Positions 1 to 10,740 of a stretch of 64,000 nt of DNA are shown here, one piece after another (positions within the stretch are counted from its first letter, which is position 1; each line of letters begins with the position of its first letter). The position numbers were made by a program, and so were the translations under genes. The DNA comes from Histomonas meleagridis 2922-C6/04-290x (taxonomy: Eukaryota > Protista > Parabasalia), in assembly GCA_020184695.1 (NCBI GenBank), contig JAANOX010000134.1, positions 62,001 to 126,000 on the forward strand. Direction: 5' to 3'. The notes beneath the pieces were generated by a model. That model made no database searches. It saw nothing but the letters and a program-made list of their open reading frames with translations, and was not told the origin of the DNA.

Positions 1-234
1 AGAGAAGACAATGAGCAAAACCAAAATGACACAAATGCGGAAGACAAAGCAAAATGAAAAAGAAGACAATGAAGAAAGATAAAACACAAATCAAGAAAAA
101 GATGAAGCTAAGCAAGAACAACCGAATGATAGTTAACGAATTCGATTCAACACGGAACATTTTGAATTATTTGTATAAATAAAAATTTTTGTTTGTATGA
201 AATATGAAAATGCGATTTCGAACAAACATTTGTT

Positions 235-591
235 TTATTCATTCATAGGCGGAACATTTTGAACGCCCATTGCAACCACTTCTTCGAGCTCTTTCTTTAC
301 GTTACGCCTTGTGTAGAAATAAAATGCCAATATTAACAAATTTGCAACTAAAAAAGAACAGCCTAAATATATGACACTTGTCGTCATATCTTTGCTAGTA
401 CTAACAGCAGCTAGCGGAGTGAACTGTCCTGAGTTTAGATGAACATCTTGCCGAATGAAATTTTGAAATTCATTTTTTGATAATTGTGGTCGATTTAAAT
501 TAACCCCTGATGCAGAAATGGTACTAATTTGAAATAGCAGTGTGGAAAATGTGGAAACTCCAAACGAATTCGAAAGAGATAGATTTAGCAT
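235..591 (-). CDS. Small hypothetical single-pass membrane protein
   Basis: 118-aa ORF with a hydrophobic segment (VIYLGCSFLVANLLILAFYFY) followed by a basic stop-transfer RRNVKK; no family recognised. Confidence 0.35.
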   Translation of the reverse strand: MLNLSLSNSFGVSTFSTLLFQISTISASGVNLNRPQLSKNEFQNFIRQDVHLNSGQFTPLAAVSTSKDMTTSVIYLGCSFLVANLLILAFYFYTRRNVKKELEEVVAMGVQNVPPMNE

Positions 592-1229
592 TCCTGTATT
601 TTTTTCATATGATATTTCACAACGAAAAGTGTCAAAAATGGAAATGTTGTGTTATTGGTTTGCAGAAGTTATAAAACATCGAATTATTAAAACAAATAAT
701 TAATAAAAGTATTATATGTATTAATATTTAATCATTTTTAAATTAGTTTTAAATAGATTTCATTTTGTTGATCAATCACAATATATAACAAAAAAATTGT
801 AAATATTAACAGCAATATTAAATATAAAATGTTTACCTGTAAAAACACTTAAAATAATTTTCATAAATGAATTATAAGCATCAAAAGTTATAATAGATAA
901 TCTATCATGTAAACTTTTTAAAATTGAAATGAAAATCGTTTTTTTTTAAATGTGAATTAATCGTATTTCAGGGGGGTCGAAATGGAAGAGATAAACAAAT
1001 TGTGCAAATCGGCCTTTATGAAATAGAGGAGCAAAAAGACAAAACGCTCATTAACAACGACCGTTAGAGGCCATTCGAAGTGACTGATCATCTTTTTCCT
1101 ATGCTCTTCGGCTTTCTCTAAAGTCTTTCTGGCTCTTTGCTTTTGGCCCTTGCCTCCACAGCATCGTATTACAAAGACTAGCAACCTTTTGAAAAATTTA
1201 TTTCAACTTTCTTACTTTTTTCAACTTTA

Positions 1230-3047
1230 ATGATTACCACCTTAATAACCCACGCGTTTACTACTATTTGTGCTTTTAATTTCTTCCGCACAATTAACTC
1301 TACACAGAAACAACTCAACAAATTCTTATTTTTATCAACATGTAAAAGCAAACCAAATAATATCTCAATATATGAGAGAAGATCTTGCGCTCTTTCTTCT
1401 TTCTTGTATGATACTATTGATAATTTTGTTCTTTATCTCTCAGGCATATTCAATCTTCTTTTTTCATCTTCTATAAGTTCTTTTCGTAACCTAAAACCAA
1501 TGAAAGCTCATGAGCTTCATACAGGAATCAGTTGTTTTAAAATATTTTCGTCAATTCGTGTATTATCATTTTCTGATTATTATAAACAAAAAGACTCATT
1601 TTGTTGTTTCTATTTATCTTCGTGGCTCTGTTGTCTCTTCTTTTTCATTTCCAATCGATATCTTACAGTAATTTTTTCTGTTTTCAAAAGATATTTTTTA
1701 AACATAAAATTTGACTTTAAAAAAGTTTTAAAGCAAAAAAATTCCAAAACAGTTCTGTTTCCATTTCTTTTTCTTTTGTTTTTCACCAACACATTCCAAA
1801 TTTATTTCAGTGGAAACAATACACTTATAATATACAACGAAAGCGATTTTGCAAATGAAAATTCTAGTTCAATTATTTGTGTTATCATATATGCAAATTT
1901 GCCAATTAGTTCTGGAGAATTCAGTGAATGGCCAAAACTGCAGTATGTTTACATCGGAAATTTAGTTACATCAATTGGAGGTTCTGCTTTTAGTGGTTGC
2001 AGTAGTTTGGAAACTGTTTTGTTTGGCGAAAACGTAAAAGAAATTGGGGGTTCTGCATTTGCAAATTGCATTAAATTAGCAAATGTTACAATTCCTTCGT
2101 TGGTTACATCAATTGGAATTTCTGCTTTTAGTGGTTGCAGTAGTTTGGAAACTGTTTTGATTGGCGAAAACGTAAAAGAAATTGGGGGTTCTGCATTTGC
2201 AAATTGCATTAAATTGGCAAATGTTACAGTTCCTTCTTCAGTTACATCAATTGGAGGTTATGCTTTTTTCAATTGCTCCAATTTATATAATGTTATCATC
2301 GGTGAGAACGTAAAAGAGATTGGGGGTTCTGCATTTGCTTGTTGTGTAATGCTAAAGTGCATTTACTTTTATGGAGTGCAAGAACCAAACGTTGAAAATA
2401 GTGCTTTCATTAATGTTACGGCTACACAAGTAATGGTATTGAGTGAATATAAAGATAAATGTTTTGGAACTTTAGCTGTTTGCATTGATACAACAGTTGC
2501 AGGCTGCGCGCCGATGCCGACGCTTCCATTTGCGCCGTCGAACACATTCTCTAGTTCGAACACGTTCGCTGCTTCACTTCGCGGCGATATTTCGCAGACA
2601 TTTTCGTTTACATTGACAGTTACTTTGTCTGTTTCATATTCGCTGACGTACTCTGCGCTTGGCACGCAAACGCTTTCGTATTATTTGAGTAATTCGATGA
2701 TAACTTATGTTGAAACAAATTTCATATACTACAGTTACACAGTCATTGTATATTCGACATATTATAGCTATTACTCGAACTTCTTCACGTATGTGTATCT
2801 GAGTCCAAGTGATGCATCGGGCGGAATGACAACTGCGGCGCTGATCGGAATAATCTGCGGCGCCGTCGCATTCGTTTTGATTGTCGTCGCAGCTGTTACG
2901 TTTTTGGTGAAAAGTAATAACAGAAAGGAAAAGTCGAGCGTGAAGCTGCAGTTTAAGGAGACAACGACGTCAACGACAAAGCAGTACGACGATGTCGACA
3001 GCATAGTGGAAGAGCTCGCAAAAGAAGACGAAGACAATTGGATATGA
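1230..3047 (+). CDS. BspA-like (TpLRR) leucine-rich-repeat surface protein with C-terminal TM; true start uncertain (signal-like stretch near 1760)
   Basis: Repeats VTSIGGSAFSGCSSLETV / VKEIGGSAFANCIKLANVTIP, S/T-rich stalk, TM AALIGIICGAVAFVLIVVAAVTFLV, acidic tail EDEDNWI. Confidence 0.85.
   Translation: MITTLITHAFTTICAFNFFRTINSTQKQLNKFLFLSTCKSKPNNISIYERRSCALSSFLYDTIDNFVLYLSGIFNLLFSSSISSFRNLKPMKAHELHTGISCFKIFSSIRVLSFSDYYKQKDSFCCFYLSSWLCCLFFFISNRYLTVIFSVFKRYFLNIKFDFKKVLKQKNSKTVLFPFLFLLFFTNTFQIYFSGNNTLIIYNESDFANENSSSIICVIIYANLPISSGEFSEWPKLQYVYIGNLVTSIGGSAFSGCSSLETVLFGENVKEIGGSAFANCIKLANVTIPSLVTSIGISAFSGCSSLETVLIGENVKEIGGSAFANCIKLANVTVPSSVTSIGGYAFFNCSNLYNVIIGENVKEIGGSAFACCVMLKCIYFYGVQEPNVENSAFINVTATQVMVLSEYKDKCFGTLAVCIDTTVAGCAPMPTLPFAPSNTFSSSNTFAASLRGDISQTFSFTLTVTLSVSYSLTYSALGTQTLSYYLSNSMITYVETNFIYYSYTVIVYSTYYSYYSNFFTYVYLSPSDASGGMTTAALIGIICGAVAFVLIVVAAVTFLVKSNNRKEKSSVKLQFKETTTSTTKQYDDVDSIVEELAKEDEDNWI
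1965..2240 (+). repeat. Two near-identical 138-bp (46-aa, two-LRR) tandem units in the BspA gene, with a third diverged unit following
   Basis: gttacatcaattgga recurs at 1965, 2103 and 2241. Confidence 0.9.
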
Positions 3048-3591
3048 CGAAATTGTTGAGTAAAATATTTCATTTTTTATGTGAAATAATTTGATTATCC
3101 ATTTTAGGGATACGTAATAGTGTCGATGCAAGCAAAGCAAATGAAGAATTGTTCTCATTTCTTGGAATAATTTAAATATGTTATCATTAATTTCGATTTC
3201 TTTCTGAAGAATTTTTTTTATTTGAATATCTTCATAATATTTCCAAAGATAAGTGGTTGGATCAAATCTTTATTTACATTAAACAATTTTTCATGTTACA
3301 TGTCATCATTTTTATACAACAAAGAAAAAACAAACTAAAATCCAGCTTTTTTATCAGTAATAAATGAAACACTGATAATTCCACTCACGGTGATGTAATG
3401 CTTTTAAATTTAAAATGAATTTCAGAGCTAATTAATACAAATTCATATAATTTATTTTTCTTAAATATTTTAGCACATTTTCCAACACCAAATTTGAAGA
3501 GTAAAATACGTATTTTACTCAGGTTTATTTAATTATAATAATTTTAAAGATTTGATTTTTGGAAGGAAATACCGTTTATTTGATTAGAAAA

Positions 3592-5211
3592 ATGGGTGGT
3601 ATTTTTTCAACACCACAAAAGACAAATATCACAGAGAAACAGATAAAAACTAGTAGCACACCAAGCACACATAATGTGCCTCAAATGAATTTACCAGAAA
3701 ATTCAAATACATCTTTAAATCAAAAATCAATTGATGATCCAGAACCTGGTGACCCATGTGGTCTTTATATCCAAGGTATAAATAAGCGATGGGATAGAGA
3801 AAGATTAGAGAAATGGTTGCGTTATCTTAAAATCAATTTTTTATCTGTAAATAAAAAAAAGAACCAAAATTATGGAGCTGTTCGTTTTGATAGCAACGAG
3901 GAAAGGAGGCGAGCATATCAAATACTTATTAATGAAGAGCCACAAGATGAACAATTAATTATCATTCCACTTCGAAAAAGTCTTTCAATGACAACACAAG
4001 TGTGCCACCGTATGAACGCCAGACTATCCAATCAAAACAATCAAAAAAACATTAATGAATTAATCACACCATTATTCAAAGTTGAATATTCAGAACAAAT
4101 ATCGATAAAAAAACAAAAACTATTGTCTTCTCTAAATCAACTTATTCCTCTATCTTCCGAAGTTTTTATATTTCCATCTCCAAATCAAACACATTACGAA
4201 AATAAAACCGATCTTTTGTTTGGCTTTAATTTTAATGGTGAAACTGAAGTTGGATTTCACATTGGTTCTCGTAATGATGACATAATTGTACCTGTTGATG
4301 ATTGTATTGGAATTCCAATCTGTGTTCCAACCATTGCGAATCATTTGAAGGAATTTTCAATTCGTAGTAACCTTCCTGTTTTTGATCGTGCCCTAGAAAA
4401 AGGTTTTTGGAAGTTTGCACATGTTCGAACCAATTCTGAAAATGATGTTTTATTAGTGATTGGGATTTATGGCAAAGCCGATCAAAACATTATTGAAAAA
4501 GTTAAAACAGAATTTTCTGAATCCGTTAACTCGTTATATCTTGCGCAAACATTTTGTAAAGATGGGTATGGTTCAAATCCCATTATTATACATTTAAGTG
4601 GTAACAATTATCTTTCTGATTCTATTGGTAATTTAAGCATTGAGCTTGATATATTTTCTAAGTTTCCAATTAACAAATCATCATCTGAAGTTTTACTTCA
4701 ACAATTAAATAACATTATAAAATTTGAGCATAATAATGTTATAATTGATCTTTATTGTGGTTCTGGGATCTTAGGACTTTCATTATTAAATAATTGTTCG
4801 TTCAATAATAAATTAATTGGAATTGACTGTGATGAACAATCGATTTTAGAATCGCTAAAGAATGCGAAATATAATAATATATTAAATACAGAGTTTGTTT
4901 TGGGAAGAGCAGAACAAATTTTGCCGACTGTTTTGTATGACAAAAAATATGAAAAAAATTCTTTTGTTGTGATTTTGGATCCGCCAAATCGCGGAATTAA
5001 AAAGCAAATTTTGTGGGATTTGAGGAATTGTAAATCTGTATCCAAATTAATTTTCGTTGGAAATAAGCCTGAGAGTTTTGCGTTTGACGCAAAGCAAATT
5101 CTTTTGGATGAGGAAACAGAAACACCAAAATTCACTGTGAAAAATGTTTTCGGTGTAGATTTATATCCTAATCGTGATAAGATTGAACATGTGATACAAA
5201 TGATTAGGTAA
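3592..5211 (+). CDS. TRMT2A/TrmA-like RNA (uracil-5)-methyltransferase homologue with N-terminal RRM, probably divergent or inactive
   Basis: RRM-like YGAVRF; SAM motif IDLYCGSG; ILDPP motif; C-terminal DLYP..E resembles DMFP.T.HVE; ATG at 3592 gives MGGIFS. Confidence 0.7.
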   Translation: MGGIFSTPQKTNITEKQIKTSSTPSTHNVPQMNLPENSNTSLNQKSIDDPEPGDPCGLYIQGINKRWDRERLEKWLRYLKINFLSVNKKKNQNYGAVRFDSNEERRRAYQILINEEPQDEQLIIIPLRKSLSMTTQVCHRMNARLSNQNNQKNINELITPLFKVEYSEQISIKKQKLLSSLNQLIPLSSEVFIFPSPNQTHYENKTDLLFGFNFNGETEVGFHIGSRNDDIIVPVDDCIGIPICVPTIANHLKEFSIRSNLPVFDRALEKGFWKFAHVRTNSENDVLLVIGIYGKADQNIIEKVKTEFSESVNSLYLAQTFCKDGYGSNPIIIHLSGNNYLSDSIGNLSIELDIFSKFPINKSSSEVLLQQLNNIIKFEHNNVIIDLYCGSGILGLSLLNNCSFNNKLIGIDCDEQSILESLKNAKYNNILNTEFVLGRAEQILPTVLYDKKYEKNSFVVILDPPNRGIKKQILWDLRNCKSVSKLIFVGNKPESFAFDAKQILLDEETETPKFTVKNVFGVDLYPNRDKIEHVIQMIR

Positions 5212-5399
5212 ATAAAAATAAATAGTAAACATTTTGATTATTTGTGGGAAAATTCTTTTTGATTTCATCAATTTTTTTTTTAATATTACTACACATTTAA
5301 ACTGTTCATTGTTATAACGCAAAAATAAAGTTATTATTATATGTTTTTTCTAATATATTTGATTATCATTAAACAACTATTCATACAAATTTATTTTAA

Positions 5400-5680
5400 G
5401 CTTGTTATTAATTGAATAATCCATTTTTTATAATCATTTCCAGATGCATACATTGGTGCATGTTATTAATTTTTTGAATCATTTCCAAATATTATTTCGT
5501 ATACGAAATTATTCAAATAAACTTCAGATAAAATGAATATCTTTAGCACTAATATCAATTCCCTTTTCAAAAGGTAACTTAATTTCTACATTATTAATAG
5601 AAGTTGAACACATAAGTACTGTTATAAATTTGGATGAACATAATCAAAATTGTATTTTTGAATAAAATTTTTAAACTTAG
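5400..5680 (-). pseudogene. Decayed ankyrin-repeat fragment with degenerate codon/17-nt insert array
   Basis: Minus strand reads TVLMCSTSINNVEIKLPFEKGIDISAKD (from 5622), then 13/GAA/17/CGT/16/GGA/17/ATA-ACA and a frameshifted APMYASGN. Confidence 0.65.
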
Positions 5681-5820
5681 AAAATCCCCAACATCCTCAC
5701 AAGGACTTCACAGAATTATCTTGTTTCGGCTAAGAAAATATTATATGGGATTTATCAAAAAGTGTGAGTTCACCAAGTGAAGTGGTAGTTTTGAATTAAT
5801 AATTGCTAATAAACAATTTC

Positions 5821-8248
5821 ATGAGCACCAAAGATTTACCTGGGAAAAAAGGGCATTTGAATACTCTATTATCCATTGAACAAATTATTTTCGGCTTGAA
5901 AGAAGAAAATATTGAATCTTCAATTCTATCAATTCTTCAATTATTTGATAGCCACGTTACAAATTCTTTTTTCAGCGTGATTAGTCAACTCTCATATGCA
6001 TTTTATATTTCTCAATCACATGATGCTAATTTACTTTTTCATTTTTTCAAAGAAATTGAAAAAAAGTTAACTGGAATCACCACGTTTTTTGTTGATTTTA
6101 TTCTAAATCTTAACTCCAAGAGCGAAGAGTTAAATTATCTTTTAAGCGAGATGATAAACAATAATTTAATTGACGCAAAATCCATCAAAAACAAAACATT
6201 ATATTTTTCACATATCAAAAAGACATATGAAATCAATCCAACTACAGCAGATCAAAACTTTATTAATAACATTTCCGTATTTGAAAAAGATAATTGGGAA
6301 CTTCATAAGCAATTAATTAAGGAAGGAGTTAATCCAAATGAAATTGCAAAAGTCATTCGAAATGATGAAATCGAAAAACTTCAAGAAATATCATCACAAA
6401 GTAATTTCGATTTTAATCAAACAATAGAACCATCAATTTATGAAAGATGTTCATTTATTAACAAAGAAGATGTTACATTAATTGATTATGCAGCATTTTT
6501 TTCTGCTGTTAAATGTTTCAAATATTTACTTATGAATGGATCTAAAGTAAATAACACAGGCAAATATGCAATTGCTGGTGGAAATCTTGAAATTATTCAT
6601 TTATGTGAACAAAAGAATTTATCTTTTAATGAGGCACATAATTTCGCAATCGAATTTCATCGAAATGATATCTTTAGATATCTTTATGAAAATAAAATCA
6701 TTGAAATCAAAGATTTATGTGAAATTGGGAATTTATGTCTTAAGAATTATAATTTTGAGGTTTTATCATTTTTAGAAAATGAAGGAATGGAAATAAGAGA
6801 ATCAATGATTAATAATGCCGCAAAATGTGGAAATTATTTCCTTACAATTCATTTTCTTGAGAAAAATAAAGTTCCGGAAGAAATTTTAATCTCTTCTTCG
6901 ATTTCTGGTAATGTTGATCTTGTTAAATATCTTATTGATAAAGGAATTGATATAAATCGAAAAGATATAAATTTTGTTTGCTTAAAAATTGTTTCTTTGT
7001 TTTTGGGTTTGTTGGAAAAATTTGGAATTTATATAAATTGTTTAGAACTTCTCTTTTATGGGTAGTACAGAAAAATAACATCGACGTTGTTAAGTTCCTT
7101 CTTGAACAAGAAGGAATTGATATTAATGCAAAAAATGTTTTGTGATTTTTGTTAAAGTATTTTTCAAATTTTCGATGTTGATATTTTTTGTTTGGAATTA
7201 ACGCATTTATGTCTGCAGCTAACAATGGAAATTGTGAAATTATACAATTACTTCTTGATAAAGGAACAATTAATATAAATGAAAAAGATGTTAATTTCAC
7301 ATATATAATTTTTGATTAATTAATTTTTTGGAATTTTTTTGTTTTGCTTTGTACAGCTTTTATGCGTGCATGTCAATTTGGTAATGTTCAAGTTGTAGAA
7401 TTACTTCTTAAACAAGATGGAATTGATATTAATATTAAAACTATTTTAAATCTTTATTTAATATCAAATTTAATTATTTGATATTTATATGAATTATTTG
7501 GTTTTTCTTTGTGGTATTTAGGTCATCACTTTCTTATGCAGCACAAAATGGTCATGTTGATATTATTAAGTTAATTCTTAATCATGGAGGAATTGATCTT
7601 AATGCGAAAAATATAAATATAATAATTTTAAAGTTTATTATAAAGTTTTGATGGGATTTATTATGCGTTATATTGGACAGCACTAATGTTAGCAACTCGA
7701 TATAATCAAATTGAAGTAGTAAAATTACTTCTTTTACAAAAGGGAATTGATGTTAATACTAAAACTAATGTTTTATTCTCTTTTTTAAGATTTAAAAATA
7801 TTATTCGGAGTTTAAACAAATCGTTTTGGACTGCACTTATGTGGGCAGCTAGAAATGGGTTTAGTGAAATTGTTAAAGAATTAATTGGTCAAAATGGAAT
7901 TGATATCAATCAACGTAATATATATTTTATTTATTTGATTTTTATATGAATAATTTGATGTTTGAAATCAACATTCCAAGTTTTGCATAATTCATATGAA
8001 ACAGCACTTATTGTAGCAGCAAATTCAAATCAAGTAGAAATTGTGAAGTTATTACTTGAAAATAAAGAAATTGATATAAAGGCCAAAAATGTTTTTTAAT
8101 TTTAATTAATGTTTTAATGACATTTTTTGTGTTGGAAAATATTATTTAGAATTTCTACAAATTTTGTGAAACAGCTTATGATATCGCAAAAGAAAATTAC
8201 AACCATGATATTATGAAATTACTTCAAGAATATGATAAAAGTATATAA
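5821..8248 (+). CDS. DUF3447-type ankyrin-repeat protein interrupted by 28 inserts of 17-18 nt; predicted 649 aa after excision
   Basis: N-terminal domain (IRNDEIEKLQ...LIDYAAFFSAVKCFKYL), then ankyrin cores starting 7047, 7200, 7353, 7523, 7677, 7830, 8001, 8171; 2428 nt minus 478 nt of inserts = 1950 nt, in frame to TAA 8246-8248. Confidence 0.8.
6967..8167 (+). other. Eight clusters of 17-nt inserts separated by single codons (ankyrin locus 1)
   Basis: D-to-T spacer lengths 80,63,63,80,64,63,81,80 nt = 12 coding nt + 3 or 4 inserts. Confidence 0.9.
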
Positions 8249-8383
8249 TAAAAGTCTATTTTAGACAAATATTTTCTGAACATATTTTAAGAATTAAATC
8301 TTTTGATCTGTTGTGAAGTGGTTAATTCAAAAAGTGAGAAATGTCATTTTTTGTTTTTGAAAAGTTTATTATAACGTCTCCCA

Positions 8384-9517
8384 GTGATTAATTACATGGA
8401 AAGTCTACCCGCTGATCCAGATTTAATTGAATCATTTTCACTTGAATTAATCATACCAGAAGATCCTGAACATTGCTTTGAAGATGTTGATAATTGCCCT
8501 CAACGAAGATGGGCTGTTCCTGGAGAAGATTTATTTCTCTTCATTAAAACGTCACCATCAGCTTTCCATATAAATTGCCTCTCCTTCAATGTGAGAATAG
8601 TTGGTACTCACCTTTCATCAAGAAGGAGTACATTTGGCCATATGTCAACTTCATTAATGACAAATCTCGATCAAATTAAAACAATTGTTAACCATTCTTT
8701 CCCACCAATGACACCATTTCGTACAGACTCAGATTGTATCATTTATCCATTAAAAATCCTTATTCCACCCACAATGCGCACACAATTTAAAATCGAAGCA
8801 TACATACCAGGACGAGCAAAGTCGATCCAATCTCACACGTTACAAATTTTTTCACCATTTAATGTGTTCTTCAGGTCAGAACCCACTACAGGCTCACTTA
8901 TACTCCAATTTAACATTGAGTGTGACTTACGTATGAATCTTCCTGTTGAACTTGAGTCTACTGATGTTGAAATTGAAGCAGAAAATCCACAAATTCTCCA
9001 TGACTTTCAATCCAACATAAAGATCACAAATCCAAGCAACATTAAATGCACCGTCAAAAACGAGATGAGTTTGTCATCAATATTTATATTCGTTCCACTC
9101 ACGTCAATCGGCGCGTCAATGCTGCCGCATTTGATAACGAACTTTTCCATCAACTGGAACGTTAAGAGCCTATCGTTCAAATCCGTTTGGACGACAGACA
9201 TTGAGAAGGAGACGTTTGGGATTTCAATACTAATACCGCCGATAACCGCAAAGGTGAATCAAACAACAACGGTGCCTTTTAGGTTAACAAATGCAAATGA
9301 CGTGGCTAAAAGTATTGACTTGGTGTTTGAGGGTGGATATATTCAGCCAGTTGCTAAAAGAGTACACGTTCCAAATATTGAACCGAATTCTTCAACAACA
9401 ATTGATATTTCGTTGTTGCCTTTGGCTGTAGGGTATCATCCACTAAAGTTCTGGGCAGAAAATGCGCAGAAAAGAATAGAGCCAATGTTCCCGACTTATG
9501 TGTTTGTAAAGGAATAA
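8384..9517 (+). CDS. Hypothetical protein, beta-rich C-terminal (Ig-like?) region
   Basis: 377-aa ORF with coding-like composition; no firm family match. Confidence 0.6.
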   Translation: MINYMESLPADPDLIESFSLELIIPEDPEHCFEDVDNCPQRRWAVPGEDLFLFIKTSPSAFHINCLSFNVRIVGTHLSSRRSTFGHMSTSLMTNLDQIKTIVNHSFPPMTPFRTDSDCIIYPLKILIPPTMRTQFKIEAYIPGRAKSIQSHTLQIFSPFNVFFRSEPTTGSLILQFNIECDLRMNLPVELESTDVEIEAENPQILHDFQSNIKITNPSNIKCTVKNEMSLSSIFIFVPLTSIGASMLPHLITNFSINWNVKSLSFKSVWTTDIEKETFGISILIPPITAKVNQTTTVPFRLTNANDVAKSIDLVFEGGYIQPVAKRVHVPNIEPNSSTTIDISLLPLAVGYHPLKFWAENAQKRIEPMFPTYVFVKE

Positions 9518-10740
9518 ATGTTTTTTTAGTTATTTCAAAATAATTTGAATTTGTTTCCTTGATTAAAAATTTTGCTTTTTTAATGATTTTTTAATTGTTT
9601 CATATAATTATCAATTAAATTTTATGGCTTTAATAATTTCCAATATTAAATCATTCCTTATTTGTAATGCATTGAAAGTATTATTGTACAGCCTATTTTC
9701 TTAACGATAAAATGGAAGAGGTTAAATGAATATATATTACTTTTACTAAGTATACTTTATTTATTTTTATAATTATTGAGTATAATTACTTGCTCATGTA
9801 GATCGTTAAATATATTTTTGTGTTGTCAGATTGTGTGTAATTTGTATTCAATTACATCTAACCACAAAATTTGTGTGCGTTTTTATCGTATCCACCCAAA
9901 AAGTCTGACTTGAGGCAGTTTGGGGCAGTCCATTTGATTTTGGCACAAGTTTTTGAACCGCACATAAATCTCATCCGACCGTTAATACCATCAAAAGTGA
10001 CACGAAAATTTAAATTCTATGATATAACCACCTCAGTTTAAGTCAATTTTCAATCTGTTGTTGGCCACGGTTTTTCAGTTTGCGATCCCAAATGCAGTCC
10101 TGTATCAATATCTTCGATGCTCCGATCTACAAATCAAACGATGCTCTCTTTGCAGAGGACCCAGCAATATTGGGTCGCTCACTCAGACGTCCAGCTCGTC
10201 CATTAAATTTAATTTATTGTGAAAGTAATGAAGATCAGGAGCCCCAATACGATTGCGTGAGAGACACGCTATTTACAGACACTATTATTATATGATACCA
10301 GGTACTATCTAAATAAAAAAAAAAAAAAAAAACAATATTTTTTATTAGAATTGATTCTTGTTATTTTCAAATTATACATTTTATCTGAGTGATTTTCATA
10401 GGTAATATCAAAATTAACCTTGAGAAAATGGATATCCTATTCTCCATGAGATCATTTTCAACAGAAAATATATTTTGTGCTGTTTCTTTTGTTTTACAAT
10501 TTTTTGTTTTGTTTATCCAAAAAATCATAAATTTCTTAGGAATGCGCTTGATTTTCCTTTTCTGATAATCAATATGTATTACAAAAAAAATTATAAATCT
10601 ATTATCATCAATTCCAAAGCTTTGTGTGTGTGTGTTGAGGTTGATTTTATTTCATTTATTGATTGGACTTTTAAAGTTTCCAATAATTTTTTGTTTGGCC
10701 AACTATAAATCGGTTTTGACAATAGTTACTTTATTAACCA

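Noticed and set aside
1230-1750. N-terminal 170 aa of the first BspA ORF as real coding sequence
   Set aside because: Composition looks like antisense or non-coding sequence with no motif; the BspA-like part begins near 1760.
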